A program made the position numbers and the translations under genes. From IMG/VR virus record IMGVR_UViG_3300020337_000002: 64,000 bases of DNA; one strand, given 5' to 3'. Origin of the DNA: an uncultured virus (IMG/VR IMGVR_UViG_3300020337_000002) (taxonomy: Duplodnaviria > Heunggongvirae > Uroviricota > Caudoviricetes). Positions within the stretch are counted from its first letter, which is position 1; the number at the start of each line of letters is the position of its first letter. This document shows positions 1-9,485 of the stretch, one piece after another. The notes below the pieces were generated by a model. The model was not told the origin of the DNA and ran no database searches. It was given only the letters and a program-made list of their open reading frames with translations.

Positions 1-321
1 AGTATCCTTTACATTTTTAGTAATTGTGATATCAGGATTATCAGCTTCTGTTGGTATGTCATATATTAAGTCGTCTACAAAGTAACTGTCTATGTCGTGA
101 TTACTACGTTGTCTAAGCTCATATGTTTTAGCTCTCTTAAGATAATGAACATAGTAAAAGTTCATACTTTCTCTACCTTCAAGTATACCTTTTACATCAT
201 CTTCACCTACTGGAATAAAACTACCTTCTGTAGGTTTTTTGTTTGGTAAAGATATTAGTTCTCCTGTGATAGGATCAAATACTGCATATCTTTCAGATGC
301 TACTGTAATACCTAGCTTCAT
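1..321 (-). CDS. hypothetical protein, runs off the left edge (absent from ORF track)
   Basis: Manual translation from ATG at 321, overlapping the upstream TGA as ATGA, gives MKLGITVASERYAVFDPITGELISLPNKK..., open for 107 codons to position 1. Confidence 0.8.
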   Translation of the reverse strand, partial: MKLGITVASERYAVFDPITGELISLPNKKPTEGSFIPVGEDDVKGILEGRESMNFYYVHYLKRAKTYELRQRSNHDIDSYFVDDLIYDIPTEADNPDITITKNVKDT

Positions 322-1154
322 ATATCTAATGCCTTTTCATATTTTTTAATCTTATCATCTGAAAGAAACTCTTTTTCTGTATAGTGAAAGATACCTGACT
401 GCAAATGATTACCTATCTTAAGTGTTAGGTCATCTGTAAGATATGATCCTACTCTGCTACGCCAAGTTGCACTACCGTTCTTCCACCCTTGTATGTGAGG
501 TTTCATGTGAGTGAACGTTGGAAACTTAACAAGTTTGTTTGTAATCTTATCTTCACAATCTAATATTTTTGTTACTATAGCTGTGCTTGTATCTACACTT
601 AAAAACTTTTGATATTGTTCTTTAGCATACTTTCCGTAAAATAGTTGCCAGTTATTCATTACAAGTTCTAGCAACGTATAAAATTCTTTTGCAAAATCAC
701 ACTTTTTAAAATAATGGAATCCTGCATAAACGTTTGGCAAGTTGTTTGCTACATAGGTTTTTCTATAATGGTTGTCTACAACCTTCTCTCCTCGATATGT
801 ATAAACATTAGAAGTATAAAATACTTCATAGTTACTTAAAAACTTCCACCATGTGTCTATGTTTTGCAATACTAACATATCAGTATCCAATACTATAGTT
901 TCATCATACGGACTTGCGTGATATAACTTCCAACGATTGTCTACCTTCCAGGCATTGTCCTTTGCATCATCTGACCAAGGTATAGGTTTAATGATATCAA
1001 ACAATTTTTCATACCTAGATGGCACTTTATCGTTGGTTATTAAACAAATCTTTGCTTCATTAGTAGCTTGTATGCTCATAGCTAACGCACACGCCTGTTG
1101 TACGTAATCGTATTCACTGTTTTGTGCTATTAATACAAATCCTTTGCTATGCAC
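318..1154 (-). CDS. GT-A fold glycosyltransferase-like protein
   Basis: DxD motif in SPYDETIVLDTDML and N-terminal KGFVLIAQN; paralogous to 1335..2189. Start placed at GTG 1154 because GGGAG lies 5 nt upstream (track start is 1166). Confidence 0.65.
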   Translation of the reverse strand: MHSKGFVLIAQNSEYDYVQQACALAMSIQATNEAKICLITNDKVPSRYEKLFDIIKPIPWSDDAKDNAWKVDNRWKLYHASPYDETIVLDTDMLVLQNIDTWWKFLSNYEVFYTSNVYTYRGEKVVDNHYRKTYVANNLPNVYAGFHYFKKCDFAKEFYTLLELVMNNWQLFYGKYAKEQYQKFLSVDTSTAIVTKILDCEDKITNKLVKFPTFTHMKPHIQGWKNGSATWRSRVGSYLTDDLTLKIGNHLQSGIFHYTEKEFLSDDKIKKYEKALDI

Positions 1155-1335
1155 TTTTGCTCCCAACTGGTTTACACACGTAATCTATTGTGTCCCATTT
1201 ACCATCTGGTGGTATATCTTTATATCGTTTAAGCATTAAGTTACACTCTTGTTGAGTTTCAAACCATTGTACATCTTGTGTTAAGCAATTACCTTTCAAG
1301 CAGACTGTAAGTAATATGTGCCAGATGATTTCCAC
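1147..1335 (-). CDS. small Cys-containing hypothetical protein
   Basis: 62 aa, AGAGGAG RBS, hydrophobic N-terminus, 4 Cys; overlaps both neighbours. Confidence 0.65.
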   Translation of the reverse strand: MEIIWHILLTVCLKGNCLTQDVQWFETQQECNLMLKRYKDIPPDGKWDTIDYVCKPVGSKSA

Positions 1336-2189
1336 TACATTTCTCCTCTATCTATGATTCTATTAAGACTAAACTTGTTCATAACATGAACATTACTTCC
1401 TTTAATACGCAATGGCGTATACTCTCCTAGATGATTTTCCTTTTCTAACAAAAATAAAAAGTTATCATCTTTTAAATCCCATAATATATCTCTATCTGCT
1501 GTATAATACTTCTTACCAGGTAGCTTACGAGCAAAATCTCCTGATTGATAACCATTCATTATGTGTATTGCTACACTAAACACATGGTCGTTACGGAAGG
1601 TACCTCTGTTTACTTGAAAGATACTGTTATAGTGATCCCAGTTTTCCTGTATGTGCTTTGTTAGGTCAAAAAATATTTTGTTTTCTTCTGACTTTCTAAA
1701 GAATATAACAGTAGCCCAATAAAAGTCTACACTTGCGTCACTTATCTTTTGAAATTCATCTGTGTTTCTATGTCCTGTTAGGTCTATTGCATTTTTAAAA
1801 ATTAAAAAATCATGATCTTGTTCAAAACAATGTTTGAATAATCTGTTTGCTATAATATAATCACTATCTAATAGTAAAGTTTCATCATACGGTGTTAGCT
1901 CATATGCATTTGTACGCATATCGTTCTTAAACTGTAAATGCTTTGCTACTCCCGACCCATCAAAGTATCTTTTAGTAGTCGAATTGTTTGTGAAAGGCAC
2001 TTCAATGACCTTATCAAATACTTCTTCATAGTCCTTATATGTTTCCTTTAGATAATCTACACTATCCGTAACTATGCTAGTGGGTATGTTTAGAAATTTC
2101 TTAATTCTTTTTGCTGAATAATGTGCTTGTTTGATATAATCTATCTGTGCATTATTTCTGGCAAATATTAAAGCACCTTTACTCTTCAT
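1335..2189 (-). CDS. GT-A fold glycosyltransferase-like protein
   Basis: DxD motif in TPYDETLLLDSDYI and N-terminal KGALIFARNN; paralogue of 318..1154. Confidence 0.65.
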   Translation of the reverse strand: MKSKGALIFARNNAQIDYIKQAHYSAKRIKKFLNIPTSIVTDSVDYLKETYKDYEEVFDKVIEVPFTNNSTTKRYFDGSGVAKHLQFKNDMRTNAYELTPYDETLLLDSDYIIANRLFKHCFEQDHDFLIFKNAIDLTGHRNTDEFQKISDASVDFYWATVIFFRKSEENKIFFDLTKHIQENWDHYNSIFQVNRGTFRNDHVFSVAIHIMNGYQSGDFARKLPGKKYYTADRDILWDLKDDNFLFLLEKENHLGEYTPLRIKGSNVHVMNKFSLNRIIDRGEM

Positions 2190-2538
2190 CGTACTCTACC
2201 AATCCAGAGACCTTGCGTTTAGACCTAATCTTTTCATACTCTTGATGGTATTCGTTTGAAGCTGTAAAATAGATGTCCAGGATATCATCATAAAACTCAT
2301 CTAAGTTTACGACTTTTATCGGTACGTCATTATCATCTATTATCGGAATGTTGGCGTTGTCTCCTTTGTCGCATAACTGCCCAACAAAAGTAAGTAGTTC
2401 TCTGGTTACAGAAAATTGTCCACCATTGAAATAGTGAATTCTTGATTCAAAGTATTTTTCTTTTAGCACCCTTTTTTGGTTATTAAGAGTAACCATGTAG
2501 TTTGAAAAATCGAGAGCTTTTTTTAATCGTTCGTCCAT
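2179..2538 (-). CDS. hypothetical phage protein
   Basis: 119-aa ORF, first gene after a TAAATA box, with AGGA RBS. Confidence 0.75.
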   Translation of the reverse strand: MDERLKKALDFSNYMVTLNNQKRVLKEKYFESRIHYFNGGQFSVTRELLTFVGQLCDKGDNANIPIIDDNDVPIKVVNLDEFYDDILDIYFTASNEYHQEYEKIRSKRKVSGLVEYDEE

Positions 2539-2562
2539 AACAGTAATCCTAATTCTTTATAC

Positions 2563-2570
2563 TATTTAGA
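2563..2570 (-). promoter_or_regulatory. T4-type late promoter box (tcTAAATA)
   Basis: TAAATA core about 25 nt upstream of the 2538 start. Confidence 0.55.
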
Positions 2571-2585
2571 CAAAAAATTAGTGGA

Positions 2586-3476
2586 CTATGTTAAGTTTGA
2601 ACTGCCGTTTGTGCTATGTGTTGGAGTTGGTACTTCTACGTATACGCCTGTTGCACGATATTGAGTAACTGTACTGTTTACAACACCCTGAACGTCTTCA
2701 TCGTAGTTTGGATTACCTGTGTTTGCGTCATTCCATTCAGCTCTAAATTGGACTTGAGTAGTTCCAACCAATTTAGCCTTCAATGTATAGTTGTTGGCCG
2801 CATATAATCCTGTACCATTTTTAGTAAAAAGTGTTTGGAAAGATGTTGTAAGATCATGGAATCCTGTAGTTGACCCTGATCCTGAACCAGTTGCCGCTGT
2901 AGAAGTATATCCCATCTTAACAGTTCCCATATTTACAAGCATACCCATCCAGTCAATAGTTTTTGCACTAGAGCCTAGGTATGTAATATTACTTGCAAAA
3001 CGGATTTCTCCACCTGCATTAAAGAATTGTCTACGGTGGTCCGCTGAACTAAATGTTACATCTAGTAAATGTACCAGTGTTCCGTTCCAAGCACTTGAGT
3101 ATTGAGCTGTTTTGGCCGCTTCTGCCGTTGCTTGAGAACTGTGTATTTGAAACTTTTCGTTCTCTAAGGTAGTTGTTAAATTTTCAAACTGTGCTACACC
3201 TTTTTTATTAACTGTATCACTATCTAAAATTGTTGAACCTTGTGTAATTATTGCTATTTCTGAAGGTGCTGTACCTGTTTGGTGTACCCTTCCGTTTGCA
3301 ACATCTGTATATAGTGTTGACATATGACTAGCAGTGATGTTAGTAGACACTCCAACTTGATTAGAGTTTAGTGTTTGACCGTATCCGTCATCACCTGAAC
3401 CCGTTCCTAAGATTGTTGCTACTCTTGATTGCAAGTTGTTATACCTTGCCGCTGTAATAATATCACCGATTGCCAT
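2586..3476 (-). CDS. virion structural protein (tail/fibre associated)
   Basis: Gly/Thr/Ser-rich 296 aa at the end of the baseplate-fibre operon. Confidence 0.55.
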   Translation of the reverse strand: MAIGDIITAARYNNLQSRVATILGTGSGDDGYGQTLNSNQVGVSTNITASHMSTLYTDVANGRVHQTGTAPSEIAIITQGSTILDSDTVNKKGVAQFENLTTTLENEKFQIHSSQATAEAAKTAQYSSAWNGTLVHLLDVTFSSADHRRQFFNAGGEIRFASNITYLGSSAKTIDWMGMLVNMGTVKMGYTSTAATGSGSGSTTGFHDLTTSFQTLFTKNGTGLYAANNYTLKAKLVGTTQVQFRAEWNDANTGNPNYDEDVQGVVNSTVTQYRATGVYVEVPTPTHSTNGSSNLT

Positions 3477-3481
3477 TTAAT

Positions 3482-4966
3482 TTAAACCTTCAAAAATACT
3501 TCGACTAGTTTTTCTTCTTCATCTTCTTTAGTTTCAAGTGCAATACCAATCATTTTACCGTCTTGTATAACTTGTGAACCTATACCATCAACGTTTGAAT
3601 AAATCGGCTCGCCTTTAAATGCTGGACCTACAACTCTTACTGGAACTTTACCTTTTAGTGCTACTGCTTGTCCTTCTGATTCAGCATTCATTAAGTATGC
3701 TGGTTTGTCGGATATAACACCTGTTGGTGTTCCAGCTAAATCACAAGCTATCATTTCACACTCAAACTCTCCATCTCTTAATGTAGGAATAGTCATAATA
3801 GTTCCTACTGGATGTTCTTGGTCAGTTGTGTATTTCTCTGCCAAGTCAGCGTATTGTGCCTGTGTAGCTGTACCTGTAAATAAGTTTGCTACTAAATTAC
3901 CTGATCCATCTCTAACTGCTACTGTGTTATTAGTTGCCGCTGTTGAGGCTGAACGATAATTTGCTCCAACGGCTAATGTTGAAGCCTGTGAAGCTGTACC
4001 ATTAAATGTTGTTGCATAAATTGTATTAAATTTAGTTCCTGCTTTACCTATATTGAATGTATTGTTTGTTGCAGGATGTAATCCTGTTGACTCAATAGTA
4101 AGTGCATGAGTGTTAGTACCTACTGAATCATCAACTTTAAATTCAATTTTAGTACCAACTTCATTTGAAATAACACCTTCGTTATCATTTTCAACATAAA
4201 TTTTAAGATCGTTTGAGTTACCAATTGAAATACCTGCGTCTGCAAAGCTAACAAGTGAAGTAAATGATCCTGATCCTGCTAATGCAAAGTCAGTAGCACT
4301 ATATCCGCCAAGTTTCAATGAGTTACTTGCTGTACCCCAGTAGTAATCTGTTGAACTTGTAACACCACCTGTTGCGTTTTGTGTATTTCTTAGGGTTAAT
4401 CCTTTTTTGATTACGTCAAATCCTGTAATTGCATTACTTGGATCTGTTGAATCAATAGTAAATGATACTGCACTAATAATATAAATTACTTCATCATTAA
4501 CAATGGCTTGAATGACTACTCTGTTTACACTAGTTGTATCACGTACTGAAACAGTTTTCATCTGTGTTACAGTAGTTCCTGAACCTTGTGGTCCAATTAG
4601 TACGTAACCTGTTCCGTTGTATGCGTATAATTGTTCGTTTGTGCTATCCCACCATAAATCACCAGTGGCTAAACCAGCCGGTTGTGTTGCACTTACTTCT
4701 GCTCCACCTGTTGTTCTAAACTTAGAACCATCATAAAATTTAAGTTTAGATGCTGTAGCATCAAACCAAATTTGCCCTGAAATTGCTTTAGGTGGTTGTG
4801 AAGTTCCGCTAAAGTTCTCTAGCAGATGTAAAAAATTCTCATTTTGTATTTCACCGTAACCAGCATAGTTTTTACCTACTAGCTTGATATCGGTAGTTTG
4901 GTCAACGGTACCATCTTCAACTGTTGTTAAAGTTACTCCGCTGTATCTATCTATAGTATATGCCAT
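3482..4966 (-). CDS. baseplate/tail fibre protein with C-terminal YADLAE (peptidase G2/chaperone-like) domain
   Basis: N-terminal module GKNYAGYGE..NENFLHLLENF..GQIWFD shared with the next two genes; C-terminal QYADLAEKY...VALKGKVPVRV. Confidence 0.65.
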   Translation of the reverse strand: MAYTIDRYSGVTLTTVEDGTVDQTTDIKLVGKNYAGYGEIQNENFLHLLENFSGTSQPPKAISGQIWFDATASKLKFYDGSKFRTTGGAEVSATQPAGLATGDLWWDSTNEQLYAYNGTGYVLIGPQGSGTTVTQMKTVSVRDTTSVNRVVIQAIVNDEVIYIISAVSFTIDSTDPSNAITGFDVIKKGLTLRNTQNATGGVTSSTDYYWGTASNSLKLGGYSATDFALAGSGSFTSLVSFADAGISIGNSNDLKIYVENDNEGVISNEVGTKIEFKVDDSVGTNTHALTIESTGLHPATNNTFNIGKAGTKFNTIYATTFNGTASQASTLAVGANYRSASTAATNNTVAVRDGSGNLVANLFTGTATQAQYADLAEKYTTDQEHPVGTIMTIPTLRDGEFECEMIACDLAGTPTGVISDKPAYLMNAESEGQAVALKGKVPVRVVGPAFKGEPIYSNVDGIGSQVIQDGKMIGIALETKEDEEEKLVEVFLKV

Positions 4967-4987
4967 TGTTATTAACCCCTATAATGT

Positions 4988-4995
4988 TATTTATC
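4988..4995 (-). promoter_or_regulatory. late promoter box (gATAAATA)
   Basis: In the short gap upstream of the 4966 start. Confidence 0.55.
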
Positions 4996-4997
4996 TT

Positions 4998-6815
4998 TTA
5001 CCATAGCCCGCCACTGCTACCTAGATTAGTGTCAAACACCCATGCTCCAGCCTGTACTTTGAACCTTTTTAGGCCCCTAGTAACAGATGAACTTACAGTA
5101 CCTGATGCCGCACTAAAGGCAACATCTTGTAATACACTCTGGTTTTGTACACCGTTGGCATCAACAGCTATAAAAGATTTGTTTGCTACGGAGTTTATGT
5201 CAATTCCACTAACAGTAGCACCCGTTAATGTGCTAGTTGGTACATAAGCATATGAACCCGTTTTCTTTGTTGCCGCCGGATAAATGTCCTCAATAATTGT
5301 TGCGATATTGGCATTTGATAAGCCTGTTATATCTAATGGAACAATTACTGGTTCATTATCAAGTGAATCGTCGACGTAAAATTTTGTTGCCGCATCTGTG
5401 TTGGTTGTTGGTTCAGCTAATCCTGTAATCTTCTGATTATTAGTAATAGTAATTGAACCATCACTTGTTAACTGTAATCCTCCACCTGATGTGCCAATAG
5501 CATAGTTGTTAAGTGTAATATTGTCAACTGCTAAACTAGTTAGTGTACCAACCTGTGTTAAGCCTGTTGCTGTTGTTACTGTTGATCCTATTGTAGTTTT
5601 GTTTAGTACTTCTGCTCCATCAACATAATATCCCATTGTTGGTGCTAGGTCAACGTTTACACTTGATGTCCATGCGTTTGTTGAGTTACGCCATATAAAT
5701 TCTTTATCATTGTCTGAAGATTTAAGAACAACACCACCAAGATCTACTGCGGCGTTATTGCCCACTGAACTATCTGATTGTATTGCAAGTTCAATCTGCT
5801 TATCTTCAACTCTTAAATTACCAACATCTACGTTAAATGTTGATCCTTTTACTACTAGGTTACCATCAATAGTTGCATCACCACCTACGTGTAAAGTTGA
5901 TGTTGGTGAACTTTTAAATATTCCTAAGCTAGAAATATCTGTATCAATAACAATAGCGTCTACGTATCCTGTAGTTTTTCTAACTCTAACTTTCCAATCA
6001 TGATTTGATAGTTGGTTCTCACTTACAAAAGCAGTTCCTACAATCTTTTGAATGTTGTTCTGAGCAGTACCAATAGTTACACCGCCAGTATTACTAACTG
6101 TTAATGCACCTGTTGTTGTTCCTGATGCGTCTGCAGGTAAAAACTGTGCCGCACTCTTTTCAACTCCTGCAGAGTTAACTAAATTAAGTGCCGCGTTTGC
6201 TACGCCTCTATAAACTGTTCCAGTTGATGTAGCATCAATAGGAGTAAATCCTTTTTTAATGTTACCTGTAAGTCCTGATACAGTATAACCTACTGCTGGA
6301 GTAAATTCTTCATTAGCCCATACACCCATCATTGTACCACCGATGTACATCTTAATAATAGTTTTACTATTGTTTTGTGTATCTAAAGCTGTAGTGGTTT
6401 CAAATCCTGTCTTACCTTGTTGAGCTGTGTATATTGGTCCAGCTAGTTCTAAGTCTGTACCATCATAAAAATATAGTTGATTAGTTAAACTGTTTAACCA
6501 AAGGTCACCACTTACAAGTGATGCTGGTTGTGAAGTTGATACAATAGGTCCACCACTTTCTCTAAATGTTGTACCATCGTAAACTTTAATTCTTCCCTGT
6601 GATTTATCATACCATAGTTGTCCAATCAATGGAACACTTGGTGCAGATGTGTTAGCAAAATTTTCTAACATCTTGATTTGGTTTTCGTTTAGTGTTTCAC
6701 CAAATCCTGAATAGTTTTTTCCTATTAATCCAATACTTGTTGTAGTAGTATCTAATGATCCATCAACTAAATCTACGAGTAATGTGCCGTCAGTTTTGTT
6801 TAGTTTATAACTCAT
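4998..6815 (-). CDS. baseplate/tail fibre protein
   Basis: Same N-terminal module (GKNYSGFGE..NEN..LENF..GQLWYD), beta-rich body, fibre motif PTTNTDAATKFYVD. Confidence 0.65.
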   Translation of the reverse strand: MSYKLNKTDGTLLVDLVDGSLDTTTTSIGLIGKNYSGFGETLNENQIKMLENFANTSAPSVPLIGQLWYDKSQGRIKVYDGTTFRESGGPIVSTSQPASLVSGDLWLNSLTNQLYFYDGTDLELAGPIYTAQQGKTGFETTTALDTQNNSKTIIKMYIGGTMMGVWANEEFTPAVGYTVSGLTGNIKKGFTPIDATSTGTVYRGVANAALNLVNSAGVEKSAAQFLPADASGTTTGALTVSNTGGVTIGTAQNNIQKIVGTAFVSENQLSNHDWKVRVRKTTGYVDAIVIDTDISSLGIFKSSPTSTLHVGGDATIDGNLVVKGSTFNVDVGNLRVEDKQIELAIQSDSSVGNNAAVDLGGVVLKSSDNDKEFIWRNSTNAWTSSVNVDLAPTMGYYVDGAEVLNKTTIGSTVTTATGLTQVGTLTSLAVDNITLNNYAIGTSGGGLQLTSDGSITITNNQKITGLAEPTTNTDAATKFYVDDSLDNEPVIVPLDITGLSNANIATIIEDIYPAATKKTGSYAYVPTSTLTGATVSGIDINSVANKSFIAVDANGVQNQSVLQDVAFSAASGTVSSSVTRGLKRFKVQAGAWVFDTNLGSSGGLW

Positions 6816-8839
6816 GTTGCTGTGTTCTCCCCGGCATACATGATATAGTTCAATGCCATATATGGATTCATAATATCAACTGCTGAACCTAATGCATTGT
6901 TTGTTAATACTCCTCCTGATGTAGGATATGCCTGGCCTGCCTGTGCGCCAGTTGGAGCATCATATTGAATACCTTGTGCGTCATTTGGAGTACCACTTAC
7001 ATCTCTAATAGTGTAATATTGATCTCCGCTTGGTCCTCTTAAATCGTGTTCGTGTTCTGGTAAGTTTGTAACTGCAATAGTTTGATTCTGTTGTCCTTCA
7101 ACACTTCCCATTGTATCTGCCGCCGCTGATGTTACAACGTTTGCTGATCCGCCACCCATGTTATCTTTACCTAGTGGGAATCTACCTCTTAAGTCAGGTA
7201 GTGCAAATTTACCTGCCGCTACCAATGATTGATCTTTAAAGTTATAACCAACCACATTAAATAAGTTTTGATACTCTGCAATAGTTACTTCCTGTCCATA
7301 ACACAATACCCAATCTTGCGGAGCAGTATCTCCACCATATGGTGATATCATTCCAATTGGTAATGTAGGAATAGCTTTAAATAAATTTGTTCTTGATACT
7401 TTGTAAACACCTGTATCGCCAGTTACTCTGTTAATTAAAAATTCATCTGTTGATAATGAGCTTGAAACTTCTGTTTTGTTAGCAACAAAGGCATTTGAAA
7501 TTGTTGTTGTAAATGTTTTAGTACTTGCGTCTTGTCCGTCAAATGTAAATGAACCAGCAGTAACATCTCCTTGCATTTGGAAAGTTGTTGAACTTGCAAG
7601 TTTGTCTGTTGATCCAGAACGTCCTGAAACTGTTCCTGTAACGTTACCTGTTAAGTTACCTATAAGGTTCTGTGCATAAACATTTAACCATTGTTCGTTA
7701 GCTGTACCTAAGTTACGTGATGTAGTTGTGTTAGGAACAATGTTTCCTGTAGTTGTAAGTCCTGCAAAATTTGTATCACCGCCTACAAATAATTTTTTAG
7801 CAATACCAACACCACCTTTAGTAATAATACTTCCTGTTGATATTGTTGATGCGTCTGTTGTACCGTCTACTAATAGTTGACTGTCTGTTTGAATATTACC
7901 TACAACGTCTAATGGTTGATCTGGTGATAAATTGTTAATACCAACTTTAGCAGTTGAATCAATTCTCATTACAGTTTGTGACACACCGTTATTGTTTACT
8001 CTAATGTCAATGTTTGAACCTGAAGTATTATGACTGATAAGTCCAGCCTGTCCTTCAACCCCAACACTTAAAGTACTTGATGCACCAACTGTTATACCAC
8101 CGTTATTTTTTACAGTGATAGGATATAAACTTTGTGATGTTGCATCGTTACGTATAAAGTTTGTTGCCGGAATAGTTTCTCCAGCAATTACTAATGCTTC
8201 TGCCTTTTCTGCAACACCGTAATATTTTCCTGCGCCAGCACCTGTAATATCTGCTGAACTTAAATTAAATCCAGGCTTGATTGATGTAAACCCTGTAAGT
8301 GTTGTCTTAGGTGTAAATGTCGCTGTTGAATAAATTGCTAATGTCTTTGCACTAACTTCTACAATTAAACAAGTGTAACTAACATTGTTAGTTCCAACTA
8401 TTGAAGTTGCTCTAACACCTGTTGAAAGTCCATCACTAAATTGTGGTCCTACTAGTACCCAACCTGAACCTGTGTACAAATATAATTGTTGGTTATCAGT
8501 ATCAACCCAAAGGTCTCCTGTTACTGATTGTGCCGCACCTGGTTGTGTTGTTGCTTTCTTTAAACCTGATGCACTAATCCAAGTAGTTCCATCATATAGT
8601 TTAAGCATATCAACACCTGGAGTATTATCGTACCATAGTTGTCCTTCGATTGGATTTCCTGGTGCTGTTGAATTTGTAAAGTTTTCTAGTAAGTGTAAAA
8701 AGTTTTCTGCAATAGCAGTTCCGTAGGCAGTTGTATTCCTACCTGGAAGAGACAAAGTAGTTGTTTGGTTGAGAGTATTATCTTCAACTGTTATGCTACC
8801 CTTGTTAGCTAGGTCTGTATGGTTTACCGTATAAGCCAT
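6812..8839 (-). CDS. short tail fibre/baseplate protein with phage tail collar domain
   Basis: Collar motif PIGMISPYGG..AP..W..C.GQ..Y..LF..VG..FALPDLRGRFPLG, plus LPEHEH and NPYMALNYIM. Confidence 0.8.
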   Translation of the reverse strand: MAYTVNHTDLANKGSITVEDNTLNQTTTLSLPGRNTTAYGTAIAENFLHLLENFTNSTAPGNPIEGQLWYDNTPGVDMLKLYDGTTWISASGLKKATTQPGAAQSVTGDLWVDTDNQQLYLYTGSGWVLVGPQFSDGLSTGVRATSIVGTNNVSYTCLIVEVSAKTLAIYSTATFTPKTTLTGFTSIKPGFNLSSADITGAGAGKYYGVAEKAEALVIAGETIPATNFIRNDATSQSLYPITVKNNGGITVGASSTLSVGVEGQAGLISHNTSGSNIDIRVNNNGVSQTVMRIDSTAKVGINNLSPDQPLDVVGNIQTDSQLLVDGTTDASTISTGSIITKGGVGIAKKLFVGGDTNFAGLTTTGNIVPNTTTSRNLGTANEQWLNVYAQNLIGNLTGNVTGTVSGRSGSTDKLASSTTFQMQGDVTAGSFTFDGQDASTKTFTTTISNAFVANKTEVSSSLSTDEFLINRVTGDTGVYKVSRTNLFKAIPTLPIGMISPYGGDTAPQDWVLCYGQEVTIAEYQNLFNVVGYNFKDQSLVAAGKFALPDLRGRFPLGKDNMGGGSANVVTSAAADTMGSVEGQQNQTIAVTNLPEHEHDLRGPSGDQYYTIRDVSGTPNDAQGIQYDAPTGAQAGQAYPTSGGVLTNNALGSAVDIMNPYMALNYIMYAGENTAT

Positions 8840-8844
8840 TTATA

Positions 8845-9459
8845 TTACGCCTCGTTAAATCCAGTTAAACTTTGTACTCTTACAGTATAGTCTATCTGGA
8901 TAAGTCTGTTTAAACTTTTTTGTACTGGGTGGAATATAACGTGTGTTAGTAATCTACCTGTACCACTTGTTGCATAGCTGACAAGTCCTAGTTCATCAAA
9001 TACATATAAACTACTTGAACTTGTTGCGTTATCTAATGCATCTTGTCCACTTGGCTCACCATAGTCTAGTAAGCAAGTTGCAACGATGTCTGTGTAATTT
9101 GTTCCACTAACGTGACGTGTTTCAATCTTGTTTCTTGTAGGATCTGTGTTGTTGATTGAATTATCGTCAATTACTTTAGTGTATGTTTGATTGTACAAAC
9201 TAGCATTTGTACCTGTGCTATTTGGTGATAGGTATGTAATAATACCCGTTGGATCGACGGATGTACCACCATTACCAAAGTTCATGGAATATATCATTCC
9301 TTGTCCTTGATTAGCTAAACTTTCTGCTAGTGAAATACTCATATTCTCATAATGGATAGCATTTCGCTTATCCACAAAGATTTCACCGCTTTCTGGGTTA
9401 TGTATCTTTATGTGTCCTTGCAAAAGAACTCCTGAATTATCTTTAAAAATGTCTGTCAT
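8845..9459 (-). CDS. baseplate structural protein
   Basis: 204 aa in the baseplate operon; FDELGL...HPVQKSLNRLIQIDYTVR resembles fibre-attachment/baseplate proteins. Confidence 0.55.
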   Translation of the reverse strand: MTDIFKDNSGVLLQGHIKIHNPESGEIFVDKRNAIHYENMSISLAESLANQGQGMIYSMNFGNGGTSVDPTGIITYLSPNSTGTNASLYNQTYTKVIDDNSINNTDPTRNKIETRHVSGTNYTDIVATCLLDYGEPSGQDALDNATSSSSLYVFDELGLVSYATSGTGRLLTHVIFHPVQKSLNRLIQIDYTVRVQSLTGFNEA

Positions 9460-9477
9460 GTTTATATCCTACAAGTG

Positions 9478-9485
9478 TATTTATT
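9478..9485 (-). promoter_or_regulatory. late promoter box (aATAAATA)
   Basis: Overlaps the stop codon of the giant ORF, upstream of the 9459 start. Confidence 0.5.
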
